Positions 19,519-30,273 of a stretch of 45,148 nucleotides of DNA are shown here, in pieces. Positions within the stretch are counted from its first letter, which is position 1, and each line of letters starts with the position of its first letter. The DNA comes from Candidatus Pelagibacter sp. (lineage in GTDB: Bacteria; Pseudomonadota; Alphaproteobacteria; Pelagibacterales; Pelagibacteraceae). The translations under genes and the position numbers were made by a program. Location of the stretch: positions 1 to 45,148 of the forward strand of contig JBJLED010000018.1 in assembly GCA_045566055.1 (NCBI GenBank), read 5' to 3'. The notes beneath the pieces are model-generated. The model was not told the origin of the DNA. It saw nothing but the letters and a program-made list of their open reading frames with translations, and ran no database searches.

Positions 19519-20637
19519 CTAAGAATTTCTCCAAAACTTTTTGGCTTTTTCAAAAAAACTTTTAATAACTGGATCAGGTTTATTACTTTCAATTTCGTTA
19601 AATTCTTCAAGAATTTCTTTTTGTTTTTTTGTCAATGAAGTTGGAACCTGAGTATTTATTCTTATATATAAATCACCAAAAGCACTTTCTCTTAAAATTG
19701 GCATTCCTTTACCTCTAAGTCTAAATTGTTTACCATGCTGTGTACCAGCTGGAATTTTAATTTTAGATTTTCCACCATCAATAGATGGCACCTCAACTGA
19801 TGATCCAAGTGCAGCATCCGTAAATGAAATTGGAAGTTCGTAATATAGATTTTCATCAGCTCTTTTAAAAATATCATGATTATCTATAGAGATGAATAAA
19901 TATAGATCTCCACTGGAACCACCTTTCGAGCCAGCTTCACCTTTACCAGACACTCTTATTCTTGTGCCATCATCAACACCTTTTGGAATTTTTACAGTTA
20001 CATTTTCATTTGATTGAACTTTCCCGTTACCACTACATTTATTGCAAGGATCGTTAATCATTTCTCCGTAACCACTACATTGTGGACAAGTTTGCTGAAC
20101 AGTAAAAAATCCTTGGTTGGTTCTCACTTTTCCTCTTCCAGAGCAGTAGTCACATCTAACAGGTTTTGAACCTTTTGCTGCACCACTTCCTGAACAAGAT
20201 GAGCACGACTTATAAGTAGTATACTTAACGTTTTTTTGAATACCTTTGTAAGCTTCCTCTAAATCTATGCTTACATCGTATCTAAGGTCATTTCCTCTAT
20301 TACTTGATCTTCTAGCGGAACCACCTCCACCGAAATCACTGAAAAAATCTTCGAAAATATCTGAAAAGGATGATGTATCAAATCCACCGAAGCCTTGACC
20401 TCCACCACCACCTTCAAAAGCGGCGTGACCAAATTGATCGTAGTTAGCTTTTCTCTTTTCATCTGAAAGAATGTGATACGCCTCACTAGCTTCTTTAAAT
20501 TTTTCTTCTGAACCTTTATCACCCTTGGTCTTATCTGGGTGAAATTTTAGTGCGAGTTTTCTATATGCTTTTTTGATATCATCTTTGGATGCAGATCTTG
20601 GTACACCTAAGACATCATAACAATCTCTTTTAGCCAC
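19519..20637 (-). CDS. dnaJ: chaperone DnaJ
   Basis: HPD motif, G/F-rich region, four CxxCxGxG repeats; GTG start with GGAG SD. Confidence 0.98.
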   Translation of the reverse strand: MAKRDCYDVLGVPRSASKDDIKKAYRKLALKFHPDKTKGDKGSEEKFKEASEAYHILSDEKRKANYDQFGHAAFEGGGGGQGFGGFDTSSFSDIFEDFFSDFGGGGSARRSSNRGNDLRYDVSIDLEEAYKGIQKNVKYTTYKSCSSCSGSGAAKGSKPVRCDYCSGRGKVRTNQGFFTVQQTCPQCSGYGEMINDPCNKCSGNGKVQSNENVTVKIPKGVDDGTRIRVSGKGEAGSKGGSSGDLYLFISIDNHDIFKRADENLYYELPISFTDAALGSSVEVPSIDGGKSKIKIPAGTQHGKQFRLRGKGMPILRESAFGDLYIRINTQVPTSLTKKQKEILEEFNEIESNKPDPVIKSFFEKAKKFWRNS

Positions 20638-20657
20638 AGGACGTCTCCTTTATTTTC

Positions 20658-22586
20658 TTAGGCGCTTTTTTCTTTATCTTCTTTTTTTTCTTTTACGTCT
20701 TCAAAATCAGCATCAACTACATTATCTTTATCATTAGGTTTGGCATCTTTTGGACCTTCGGACTTTCCTGCCTCAGGTTTTTGTTGGCTTTTATAAACCG
20801 CTTCACCTAATTTCATAGATACTTGAATCAAACTTTGTGTTTTTTTCTTAATATCTTCTGAGTCTGTTCCTTCTAAAGATTTCTTAAGATCAGTAATACC
20901 ATTTTCAATGGCTTTCTTTTCCTCAGCTGAAACTTTATCTCCATGCTCTTTCAAGCTTTTTTCTGTAGAAAAAACTAAACTATCAGCTTGGTTTCTGGCA
21001 TCTACCGACTCTCTTTTTTTCTTATCAGATTCTTTGTTTGCCTCAGCGTCTTTAACCATTTTGTTTATTTCTTCATCAGATAAACCACCAGAGGCTTGAA
21101 TTTGTATTTTTTGTTCCTTCCCAGTTCCTTTATCTTTTGCAGAAACATTAACGATACCATTAGCGTCAATATCAAATGTTACTTCGATTTGAGGAGTTCC
21201 TCTTGGAGCCGGCGGTATACCTACTAATTCAAAGTTTCCTAAGATTTTATTATCAGCTGCCATCTCTCTTTCACCTTGTAAAACCCTTATAGAAACTGCA
21301 GGTTGATTGTCTTCAGCAGTTGAGAAAACCTGACTTTTTTTAGTTGGTATAGTTGTATTTTTTTCAATTAATTTTGTAGACACCCCACCTAAAGTTTCAA
21401 TTCCTAAAGAAAGAGGTGTTACATCTAAAAGCAACACATCTTTTACATCACCTTGAAGCACCCCACCTTGTATAGCGGCACCCATAGCTACAACTTCATC
21501 AGGATTAACACTTTTGTTTGGCTCTTTTCCAAAAAAGTTTTTAACAGTTTCAATAATTTTAGGCATCCTTGTCATTCCACCTACAAGAACTATCTCGTTA
21601 ATTTCTGCTGCAGAAAAACCTGAGTCTTTTAAAGCGGTTTTGCATGGCTCCAAAGTCCTGTCAACCAATCCTTGAACTAAAGCTTCTAGTTTTGCTCTTG
21701 TAAATTTTAAATTTAAATGTTTAGGGCCCGTTTTGTCAGCAGTTATAAATGGTAAATTTATTTCTGTTTGTGCTGCTGATGAAAGTTCAATTTTTGCTTT
21801 TTCAGCAGCCTCCTTTAATCTTTGAAGAGCAAGTTTATCTGTTTTTAAATCTATACCATTATCTTTTTTAAACTCGTTTGCAAGATACTCAACAATTGTG
21901 TCATCAAAATCTTCACCACCAAGAAAAGTATCCCCGTTAGTTGATTTAACTTCAAATACGCCGTCACCTATTTCTAAAATCGATATATCAAATGTTCCGC
22001 CACCTAAATCATATACAGCTATTTTCTGTCCACCTTTTTTATCTAAACCATAAGCCAGAGAAGCAGCAGTTGGTTCATTAATAATTCTCAGAACCTCAAG
22101 TCCAGCTATTTTTCCAGCGTCTTTAGTAGCTTGTCTTTGGGAGTCATTAAAATATGCAGGAACAGTTATGACGGCTTTTGTTACAGCTTGACCTAAATAT
22201 TTTTCAGCTGTCTCTTTCATTTTTTGTAATACAAAAGCTGAAATTTGCGCTGGTGAATATTTTTTTCCTTTCCCCTCCACCCAAGCATCTCCATTGTCAG
22301 ATTTAACGATTTTGTATGGTACTTTTGAAATATCTTTCTGAACTGAAGGACCATCGAATTTTCTACCTATCAGTCTTTTAGCAGCGAATATTGTATCTCC
22401 TGCATTAGTCACCGCTTGTCTTTTTGCCGGTTGTCCAACTAGCTTTTCTTCATTTTCTAAAAAAGCTACAACTGATGGGGTTGTTCTAGCACCCTCAGTA
22501 TTCTCTAAAACTTTTGCTTGTGAACCATCCATAATGGCAACACATGAATTTGTTGTTCCTAAATCTATTCCTATTACTTTGCTCAT
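20658..22586 (-). CDS. dnaK: chaperone DnaK
   Basis: [25 protein letters not shown]. Confidence 0.99.
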   Translation of the reverse strand: MSKVIGIDLGTTNSCVAIMDGSQAKVLENTEGARTTPSVVAFLENEEKLVGQPAKRQAVTNAGDTIFAAKRLIGRKFDGPSVQKDISKVPYKIVKSDNGDAWVEGKGKKYSPAQISAFVLQKMKETAEKYLGQAVTKAVITVPAYFNDSQRQATKDAGKIAGLEVLRIINEPTAASLAYGLDKKGGQKIAVYDLGGGTFDISILEIGDGVFEVKSTNGDTFLGGEDFDDTIVEYLANEFKKDNGIDLKTDKLALQRLKEAAEKAKIELSSAAQTEINLPFITADKTGPKHLNLKFTRAKLEALVQGLVDRTLEPCKTALKDSGFSAAEINEIVLVGGMTRMPKIIETVKNFFGKEPNKSVNPDEVVAMGAAIQGGVLQGDVKDVLLLDVTPLSLGIETLGGVSTKLIEKNTTIPTKKSQVFSTAEDNQPAVSIRVLQGEREMAADNKILGNFELVGIPPAPRGTPQIEVTFDIDANGIVNVSAKDKGTGKEQKIQIQASGGLSDEEINKMVKDAEANKESDKKKRESVDARNQADSLVFSTEKSLKEHGDKVSAEEKKAIENGITDLKKSLEGTDSEDIKKKTQSLIQVSMKLGEAVYKSQQKPEAGKSEGPKDAKPNDKDNVVDADFEDVKEKKEDKEKSA

Positions 22587-22612
22587 TTATTTATTCCCTT
22601 ATTGTTATTTTT

Positions 22613-22640
22613 ATATGGGTGTTATTTCTGTATCTACAAG
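22613..22640 (-). promoter_or_regulatory. RpoH (sigma32)-type promoter of dnaK
   Basis: Minus strand CTTG-N17-CCCATAT. Confidence 0.78.
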
Positions 22641-22641
22641 T

Positions 22642-23232
22642 CTATTTTTCATCTTTTTTGTCTATATTTTCCTGATCTTTAGAAGCTTTTTTCTTCGAAA
22701 CACTTACTAAGGCTGGTCTTAAAAGTCTTTCACCCAACATATAACCTGCCTGAATTTCATGAAGAATAGTACCTTGATCTTTATTTTCATCCTCAATTTC
22801 AGACATTGCTTGATGGAAATTAGGATCAAATTTTTTTTCTTTTACCTCAATTTTTTTAATTCTATTTTTTTCAAAAATAGAAACCAAATCTTTTTCTATT
22901 ATATTTATATTTTCTAAAAATTTATTTAGATCTTTGTTATTTTTTAGTTTCTCGTCATTCTTAATTGCATCTTTTGCTCTTTGTAAATTGTCAAGAATAG
23001 CAAGACTTTCTTTTGCAAAATTAAATGACCCAAATTCAAAAGCGTCTTTAATTTCCTTTTCAAATCTTCTTCTTTGATTCTCAATTTCAGCAAGAGATCT
23101 TAATAATTTTTCTTCATTTATTTTTAATTTTTCTTCTAAGGTTAATTCTTTTTTTTCCTCTTTATTAACATGATTTTCGGGAGCTTTAACTTCTCCATCT
23201 TTAGGTATTTTTTGTTTATTATTGTCACTCAT
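22642..23232 (-). CDS. grpE: nucleotide exchange factor GrpE
   Basis: AEIENQRRR, FDPNFHQAM, GYMLGERLLRPALV. Confidence 0.97.
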   Translation of the reverse strand: MSDNNKQKIPKDGEVKAPENHVNKEEKKELTLEEKLKINEEKLLRSLAEIENQRRRFEKEIKDAFEFGSFNFAKESLAILDNLQRAKDAIKNDEKLKNNKDLNKFLENINIIEKDLVSIFEKNRIKKIEVKEKKFDPNFHQAMSEIEDENKDQGTILHEIQAGYMLGERLLRPALVSVSKKKASKDQENIDKKDEK

Positions 23233-23242
23233 TTAACTTGCT

Positions 23243-23270
23243 ATATAGTAAGTACTTATTAAATTACTAG
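23243..23270 (-). promoter_or_regulatory. candidate RpoH-type promoter of grpE
   Basis: Minus strand CTAG-N17-ACTATAT, same spacing as the dnaK promoter. Confidence 0.45.
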
Positions 23271-23277
23271 ATCTGTA

Positions 23278-23853
23278 ATGAAAAAAATTTTAATTGGCAC
23301 TCATAATAAAGGAAAATTCAAGGAAATAGCTTATTTAATATCAAAAAAGTACAAAAAAATCTCCCCAGTGTCACTTAAAATAAAAAGTCCAAAAGAAACT
23401 GGCAAATCATTTAAATCTAATTCTAAATTAAAAGTTAATTATTTTTCTAAATTTGTAAATTATCCGGTTATATCTGATGACTCCGGCTTATGTATCAAAG
23501 CATTAAATAATAAACCTGGCATTTATTCAGCAAGATTAGCAAAAAAAAAAGGAGGTTTTTTTAAAGCAATGAAATTTATATTAAAAAAAATGGAAAAAAA
23601 TAAAAACAGAAGAGCTACTTTTGTATGCAGCTTATCATATAAAAATATTAAAGGTAAAATAGCAACTGTAGAAGGAAGACTCAAAGGCAATATTTCTTAC
23701 AAAATTCTTGGCGAAAAAGGATTTGGTTATGATCCTATTTTTAAACCTTTAAATAAGAAAATTACTTTTGGTCAGATGGCTAAAATTAAAAAAATAAATA
23801 TGGACCATAGATTTATAGCTTTTAAAAAGTTAAAAAAGAAGATTAAAATTTAA
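23278..23853 (+). CDS. rdgB: dITP/XTP pyrophosphatase RdgB (HAM1 family)
   Basis: THNKGK, DDSGL, PGIYSAR, GFGYDPIF; canonical SHR reads DHR. Confidence 0.94.
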   Translation: MKKILIGTHNKGKFKEIAYLISKKYKKISPVSLKIKSPKETGKSFKSNSKLKVNYFSKFVNYPVISDDSGLCIKALNNKPGIYSARLAKKKGGFFKAMKFILKKMEKNKNRRATFVCSLSYKNIKGKIATVEGRLKGNISYKILGEKGFGYDPIFKPLNKKITFGQMAKIKKINMDHRFIAFKKLKKKIKI

Positions 23854-24997
23854 CGAATTTCTTATTTTCAGTTTTGTAAATGTCTAATTCTTGAATAACC
23901 TTTCCATTCTTAAAACTAAAAGTTCCTATTTTGCCTTTAATTTTATTTTTAAAAGCAAAATCATTAATAGATTTGATTTCTCCATTTTTTTTCCATGCAT
24001 AATATATTAGACCTAATGCGTCGTATGCTAAAATGGTAATTTCATTAGGGAAAATTTTAAATTTTTTAAAATATTTATTATTATATTTTTTAAATTCTTT
24101 ATAATTAACAGAAGGGTAATACAGATTTTTTATTGTGTTCTCGTAGAAAATACTTTCATCAAACCATTGATTAATAGTTGTAAATAAAACATCAGTTTGA
24201 CTCACATCAGTATAAACGAGAGAGGTTAGTACACTTTTAAGATTATTTCCAAAATCAATAATTATAACAGAGTCAAAATTTACACCACCCAAAGTGTATA
24301 GCTGTTCTAGTCTCTCCAATTCTTTCACAGATTGTTCATCCTCTTTATCTTGAAACATTTTTTTTCTTAATTCTAAGTTTCTTTTTCTCTGATTGTAGTT
24401 TGTCAAAGTCTCAATTTCACCTGTAAGAACTTCTGGATTGGGACTGTAAGTGAATTTTTTCATACCTTCTAATTTAAGAGTTTGTAATTTATCCTCAACT
24501 AATTTTTGATATTTATTCTTTGGATACATAATAATAGTTTTACTTTTTTTTTGACTCTTCAAAAAATTAATTAAAGTAATTAATTGTGAATCTAGACTAA
24601 CTCCAATACTTATTATGTTATTTGAAAACCTAGGGTTAATATTAGATGGTGAAATGAATATAAGGTCATTATATCTTTTTACTTCTTCAAATTCTGCATG
24701 AGTAGCTGGTCCAATTATGATTTTAACACCTAAAGATCTCATTTCGCTTAAAGCAGAATTTATTTTTTCTTTATTATTGTTACCCGAGTCTCTTGGAATT
24801 ATTTTTACATCTTCATCACCTATTTCTTCGAGAGCTAATTGTAAAGAATACATCAGGGAAATGCCAATTTGACTATGTGGACCAGAAAGTGGAGCTAAAA
24901 GACCTACCTTTAGAGTTTTATCACTCTCATTACTAAATAGATTAGAATTGAATATAAATATTATGTAAAATATTGATACTAGTAATTTTTTTTTCAT
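23843..24997 (-). CDS. periplasmic binding-fold protein, LpoA/YraM (PBP activator)-like
   Basis: Signal peptide, VGLLAPLSG, IIIGP, LAYDA; divergent from rsmI as in yraL/yraM synteny. Confidence 0.72.
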   Translation of the reverse strand: MKKKLLVSIFYIIFIFNSNLFSNESDKTLKVGLLAPLSGPHSQIGISLMYSLQLALEEIGDEDVKIIPRDSGNNNKEKINSALSEMRSLGVKIIIGPATHAEFEEVKRYNDLIFISPSNINPRFSNNIISIGVSLDSQLITLINFLKSQKKSKTIIMYPKNKYQKLVEDKLQTLKLEGMKKFTYSPNPEVLTGEIETLTNYNQRKRNLELRKKMFQDKEDEQSVKELERLEQLYTLGGVNFDSVIIIDFGNNLKSVLTSLVYTDVSQTDVLFTTINQWFDESIFYENTIKNLYYPSVNYKEFKKYNNKYFKKFKIFPNEITILAYDALGLIYYAWKKNGEIKSINDFAFKNKIKGKIGTFSFKNGKVIQELDIYKTENKKFVKF

Positions 24998-24998
24998 A

Positions 24999-25838
24999 AT
25001 GAAACTATTTTCAAATCACTTATATATTGTTTCTACACCTATTGGAAATCTTGAAGATATAACTTTAAGAGCATTAGATGTTTTAAAAAAATCAGACATA
25101 ATCCTTTGCGAAGATACCAGGCGATCCGTTAAATTATTAAATCATTACAAAATTAAAAAAAAGTTAGTTTCTTACCATAAGTTTAATGAAAAAAAACAAC
25201 TTATAAATATTATTGAATATTTAAATGAGGGCAAAATTTTGTCTTTAATATCTGATGCTGGTACACCTTTATTATCTGATCCAGGAAGAATACTAGTGAA
25301 CCATTGTATTGAAAATGGGATTCAAGTAATTCCTATTCCAGGAGTTTCATCCATAACTTCTGCTTTAAGCGTCTCAGGATTTAAAGATCAATTTTTATTT
25401 TATGGTTTTTTGCCTAAAACGGAAAATGAGTTAAATAAAGTATTAAAAGCTTTTTCTTTGAATAATTTTACACAAATTTTTTTTATACCTTCAAAAAAAA
25501 TAAATTTTTATGTGAAAAGTTTTAAAAAATTTTTTAAAGGTAGAAAAATTTTAATTGCTAAAGAAATAACTAAAATTCATGAAGCTTTTTTAAGAGAAGA
25601 TATAGATAAAATTAAACTATTTAAAAATTCATTTAAAGGAGAATTAACAATAGTAATTTCAGAAAATAACAATAAAAGCCAAAATTTTGATCAGGAAAAA
25701 ATTGTTAATAAAATAAAAAAATATTTAAAAAAATATAGCTTGAAAGATACAGTTAATATAATTTTGGAAACAGAAAAAATAAATAAAAAAAAAATTTATG
25801 ATATGTGTCTAAAAATTAAAAATGAAAAAATTAATTAG
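24999..25838 (+). CDS. rsmI: 16S rRNA C1402 2'-O-methyltransferase RsmI
   Basis: LYIVSTPIGNLEDIT, CEDTR, SDAGTP..SDPG, KEITKIHE. Confidence 0.96.
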   Translation: MKLFSNHLYIVSTPIGNLEDITLRALDVLKKSDIILCEDTRRSVKLLNHYKIKKKLVSYHKFNEKKQLINIIEYLNEGKILSLISDAGTPLLSDPGRILVNHCIENGIQVIPIPGVSSITSALSVSGFKDQFLFYGFLPKTENELNKVLKAFSLNNFTQIFFIPSKKINFYVKSFKKFFKGRKILIAKEITKIHEAFLREDIDKIKLFKNSFKGELTIVISENNNKSQNFDQEKIVNKIKKYLKKYSLKDTVNIILETEKINKKKIYDMCLKIKNEKIN

Positions 25839-26403
25839 TCTAATAATATTAGTATTTCTTACTTCATGTTCCTCAACGGCTCAATTTGGAACAGGTGTAA
25901 ACATCACCTTTGATCCGAGGACAATTGGAATGCAAATTGATGACACAATAATGCAGAAAAATCTTTCAGCAAGATTAGCGCTCACAGAAAAAAAATATTT
26001 TTTAACGATACAATCCGAAGTTCTTGATGGAAGAATATTTTTAACTGGTAAGGTTGATGAGCCTGAGGAGAAAATAAAAATAACAAAAATGGCTTGGGAA
26101 ACAAAAGGAGTTCGATCTGTTAAAAATGCCATTACAATAAAAGGGCAAAGCAACTTCAAAAGTACGGCTAAAGATATTCTAATAACCAGCCAACTAAGAA
26201 CTGCTTTAATTTTTAATAAAAATACAAAAGCAAGGAACTACACTCTCGAAACTGTAAATAAAAATATTTATATTTTTGGAATAGCAATGGATGAAGAAGA
26301 AAAAAAAGAAGTAATTAACGAAGCTAATAAAATTTATGACGTAGAGAAAGTTATTCCTTCAATCTACCTTGCCTCCGAATTAAGCAGAACAAGAATTAAT
26401 TAG
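25822..26403 (+). CDS. dual-BON-domain lipoprotein (YraP/DolP-like)
   Basis: Lipobox FLTSC, DPRT.G.QIDD, GRIFLTG.V, D..IT. Confidence 0.88.
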   Translation: MKKLISLIILVFLTSCSSTAQFGTGVNITFDPRTIGMQIDDTIMQKNLSARLALTEKKYFLTIQSEVLDGRIFLTGKVDEPEEKIKITKMAWETKGVRSVKNAITIKGQSNFKSTAKDILITSQLRTALIFNKNTKARNYTLETVNKNIYIFGIAMDEEEKKEVINEANKIYDVEKVIPSIYLASELSRTRIN

Positions 26404-28678
26404 AGTAATCAATCACATCCGAAGAGTAGGCAGCTATAGACGCTAAATTTAAAATTTCTGATGTGCTTGCTCGTAATGGAGCAACTTCAATGGGTTGACC
26501 TAAGCCGATTAATAAAGGTCCAATATTTTTACCTCCCCCAAAAACTTTCATAAGTTTTGTTGATATTGCAGCACTGTGTAAGGCTGGCATTATTAAAACA
26601 TTTGCGTTACCAACAATTTTTGAGAATGGATAAATTTCTTTGTATATAGGGTTTAAGGCTACATCAGGCTGCATTTCACCATCAAAATCAAAATCAACTT
26701 TATCTTTTTTTAATTTATCTATTGCGTCTCTTACATGTCTTGTATTTCTTGACAGAGGTTTTCCGAAAGTTGAGTGAGATAAAAAAGCTACTTTAGGTTC
26801 AAAACCAAATAAACGTGCTATACGAACACATGATTTAGATATATTTACTAATCTTTCAGCAGACGGCAATTCTGTAACATTAGTGTCCGCAACAAGAATT
26901 GTTTTTCCTTTAGAAACAATCATTGTCATACCAAAAATTTCTTCACCTGGTCTTGCAGTCACAACTTTTTTTAATTTTTCAATAGAGGCCGCGTAATGTC
27001 TAATATTTCCAGTAACCATTGCATCAGCATCTTTACAAGCTATCATTGAAGAACCCCACGCAATCCTATCGTTTCTAACTAAACGGTCTACGTCTCTTTC
27101 TAGCTGTCCTTCTCTTTGAAGTTTTTTATAGAGATGTTTAACATATTTCTCCCTTTTCTCTTTATCCGTAGAATTTACTATTTCGATTTTGTAATTTTCA
27201 TCTAAACCTATTTTTCTTAATTGCTCTTTTACTCTGTTTTCCGCGCCAATTAATATTGGGGTACCCAATTTATTTCTTCCAAACTCAATTGCCGCTTTAA
27301 GCATATTTTCATCTTCACCCTCTGCAAAAATAACTCTTTTTGGATTTTTTCTTACTTTTGCGTTTATTCCTTGCATAATTGACATTGATGGATCTAATCG
27401 ATTTGATAATTGATCTTTATAAAGTTCAATGTCTTCTATTTTTTTTCTAGCTGCTCCACTTTTAATTGCTGCTTCCGCAACAGCTGCTGGTATTACACTT
27501 ATTAACCTTGGATCAAATGTTGAAGGAATAATATAATTTTTTCCATACCTAGGACGATCTCCACCATATGCTGCAACTACTTCATCTGGAACATTTTCCC
27601 TAGCTAATAAAGCTATCGCATTTGCTGCAGCTACTTTCATTTCTTCATTAATCGCTTTTGCTCTCACATCAAGCGCCCCTCTAAAAATGTATGGAAAGCC
27701 AATAAGATTATTCACTTGATTAGGATAATCAGAGCGACCTGTAGCAATAATTGCATCATCTCTTACTTCTTGAATTAACTCTGGTTTAATTTCAGGATCA
27801 GGATTAGCGCATGCAAATATGATAGGGTTTTTAGACATCGATTTCACCATCTCTTTGGTAACCACATCCTTAGCTGACAAACCAAGGAATACATCAGCAT
27901 TTTTTATTGCCTCGGCAAGTGTTCTAAATTTTGTATCAATAGCAAAAGCAGATTTGAATTGATCAATATTTTTTCTCCCTTTATAAATAACACCTTTACT
28001 GTCGCACATTATTATATTTTCACTTTTTACACCTGAGCTTTTGAATAAATTTGCACAAGCTTGAGCTGAGGCCCCGGCTCCATTGACCACTATTTTTACA
28101 TCTGAGATTTTTTTCTTGGAAATATCTAAAGCGTTAATCAAAGCTGCTGTTGTAATAATAGCAGTTCCGTGCTGATCATCATGAAAGACTGGTATGTCTA
28201 ATGTTTCTTTTAATTTTTGTTCAATAATAAAACAATCAGGAGCAGCTATATCCTCCAAGTTTATTCCACCGAATGTTCCACTAATATTTTTTATAGTCTC
28301 AATAATTGAGCTGGCATCATCATTATCAATTTCAATATCTATAGAGTCGATATCTGCAAAGCGCTTGAATAAAACTGATTTACCTTCCATTACAGGTTTA
28401 GATGCCAAAGATCCAAGATTTCCTAAACCCAATATTGCAGATCCATTACTTATAACTGCAACTAGATTTCCTTTACTGGTGTAATCATAGGCAAGTTCTG
28501 GATTTTTAGATATCTCTTTAACAGGCGCTGCTACGCCAGGCGAGTAGGCTAAAGACAAGTCTCTTTTTGTTGTAAGTGGTTTTGAAGAACCTATCTCAAT
28601 TTTGCCTGACTTACCTTTTATATGAAAATCAAGTGCTTCTTTATCTGAATAGTGATCTATTTCTGTTTTTTTTGGCAT
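26396..28678 (-). CDS. maeB: NADP-dependent malic enzyme with PTA-like domain
   Basis: SLAYSPGVA, KPVMEGK, FHDDQHGT, ATGRSDYPNQVNN, C-terminal FAEGE/DGEM domain. Confidence 0.96.
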   Translation of the reverse strand: MPKKTEIDHYSDKEALDFHIKGKSGKIEIGSSKPLTTKRDLSLAYSPGVAAPVKEISKNPELAYDYTSKGNLVAVISNGSAILGLGNLGSLASKPVMEGKSVLFKRFADIDSIDIEIDNDDASSIIETIKNISGTFGGINLEDIAAPDCFIIEQKLKETLDIPVFHDDQHGTAIITTAALINALDISKKKISDVKIVVNGAGASAQACANLFKSSGVKSENIIMCDSKGVIYKGRKNIDQFKSAFAIDTKFRTLAEAIKNADVFLGLSAKDVVTKEMVKSMSKNPIIFACANPDPEIKPELIQEVRDDAIIATGRSDYPNQVNNLIGFPYIFRGALDVRAKAINEEMKVAAANAIALLARENVPDEVVAAYGGDRPRYGKNYIIPSTFDPRLISVIPAAVAEAAIKSGAARKKIEDIELYKDQLSNRLDPSMSIMQGINAKVRKNPKRVIFAEGEDENMLKAAIEFGRNKLGTPILIGAENRVKEQLRKIGLDENYKIEIVNSTDKEKREKYVKHLYKKLQREGQLERDVDRLVRNDRIAWGSSMIACKDADAMVTGNIRHYAASIEKLKKVVTARPGEEIFGMTMIVSKGKTILVADTNVTELPSAERLVNISKSCVRIARLFGFEPKVAFLSHSTFGKPLSRNTRHVRDAIDKLKKDKVDFDFDGEMQPDVALNPIYKEIYPFSKIVGNANVLIMPALHSAAISTKLMKVFGGGKNIGPLLIGLGQPIEVAPLRASTSEILNLASIAAYSSDVIDYSN

Positions 28679-28746
28679 TTAGTTTAATGAGTATGTAATA
28701 TAAAAAATGATAATTCACTAAAAATTTATGGCCTAATTAAGAATTT

Positions 28747-30273
28747 ATGAACCTACTATCTTCAGCAACAGTATTTAGTTTTTTTACATTGATTAGTAGA
28801 ATTTTGGGCTATCTACGAGATATTTTAATAGCAATATTTCTAGGTGCATCAATTTTTGCTGATGCTTTTTTTGTAGCATTTAGATTGCCGAACACTTTTA
28901 GACGTTTATTTGCTGAAGGAACATTTAATGCAGCATTCATACCTAGTTATACGTCTGCAAAAATTAAGGACAAAAAAAAGGGAAAAAAGTTTGCTGACGA
29001 TGTTTTAAGTTCCTTATTGTTAATTTTATTGTTTATAGTCACGATAGTAGAAATTTTTACTCCCTATTTAATTTACATCATTGCACCAGGTTTTTTGGAA
29101 GATCAAATTAAATTTAATTTAGCTGTTGAACTTACAAGAATTACATTTCCCTTTTTATTATTTGTAAGTCTATCGTCTTTTTTTTCTGGAATACTAAACT
29201 CCAATAACAAATTTGCTGCCGCTGCGGCTGCGCCTATTATTTTAAACGTAGTTTTAATTTTAAGTTTAACATATTCTTTCATTCAAGGATTAGATTATGT
29301 AAAACAACTTTCTTATGGCGTTACTGTAGCGGGTATAATTCAGTTATTTTTTTTAATTTATGTAACTAAAAAACTTTATAAACCTACTTTAAATTTTAGT
29401 TTAAAATTTAGCAGCAAAATAAAAATTTTTTTCAAAAAACTTTTACCAAGCATTTTATCTTCAGGAGTTACGCAAATAAATATTTTTGTAGGAACAATTA
29501 TTGCCTCTTTTCAAACAGGTGCAGTTTCGTACCTTTATTATGCTGATAGAGTATATCAAATTAATCTTGCCATAGCAGGAATAGCTGTTGGAACAGTTTC
29601 TTTACCAGTCCTATCCAAAGCTTTTAAAATGAAAAATTTAAAAAAAATTTCTGATATTCAAAATAAATCTTTTGAGCTTTCACTCTTGTTTTCAATTCCT
29701 GCAAGTTTCGGATTAATATTAGCATCGAATGAAATAGTAAATGCATTGTTTGGATATGGATCTTTTTCTGTAAATGATGTTGAAATGACAGCAGCTGCTT
29801 TAAAGTTCTTTGGATATGGAGTGCCTGCATTTGCATTAATAAAAATTTTATCTAATTTCTTTTTTGCAAGAGATAATACCAAAACGCCTTTTTATATTTC
29901 TATGTTCATTGTTATTTTAAATATTTTTATTAGCGTAAATTTCTTTAGTACAATTGGGTTTATAATTATCCCAATCGCCACATCAATTTCTACTTGGGTT
30001 GGAGTATTTATTTACATCTATCTACTTAATAGTAAAAAAATTTTATTATTAAAAAATCATTTATTGATAAATTTCATCAAGATATTGATTTCCACAATCA
30101 TAATGTCGTCTATATTGCTATTTTCTTTAAACAACTTCTCAAATTATTTAGACTACAGTTACAATTATAAAGCTGTTTATTTAATATCAATTGTTAGTTT
30201 TGTGGGTATTCTTTATTTGTTATCATGTTATTTATTAGGAATATTAAAATTTAAAAATTATAAAACAAATTAA
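28747..30273 (+). CDS. murJ: lipid II flippase MurJ
   Basis: [30 protein letters not shown], multiple TM segments. Confidence 0.96.
   Translation: MNLLSSATVFSFFTLISRILGYLRDILIAIFLGASIFADAFFVAFRLPNTFRRLFAEGTFNAAFIPSYTSAKIKDKKKGKKFADDVLSSLLLILLFIVTIVEIFTPYLIYIIAPGFLEDQIKFNLAVELTRITFPFLLFVSLSSFFSGILNSNNKFAAAAAAPIILNVVLILSLTYSFIQGLDYVKQLSYGVTVAGIIQLFFLIYVTKKLYKPTLNFSLKFSSKIKIFFKKLLPSILSSGVTQINIFVGTIIASFQTGAVSYLYYADRVYQINLAIAGIAVGTVSLPVLSKAFKMKNLKKISDIQNKSFELSLLFSIPASFGLILASNEIVNALFGYGSFSVNDVEMTAAALKFFGYGVPAFALIKILSNFFFARDNTKTPFYISMFIVILNIFISVNFFSTIGFIIIPIATSISTWVGVFIYIYLLNSKKILLLKNHLLINFIKILISTIIMSSILLFSLNNFSNYLDYSYNYKAVYLISIVSFVGILYLLSCYLLGILKFKNYKTN

Noticed and set aside
28700-28722. Fur-box-like AATGATAATTCAC between maeB and murJ
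   Set aside because: Only a half-site match in AT-rich sequence.
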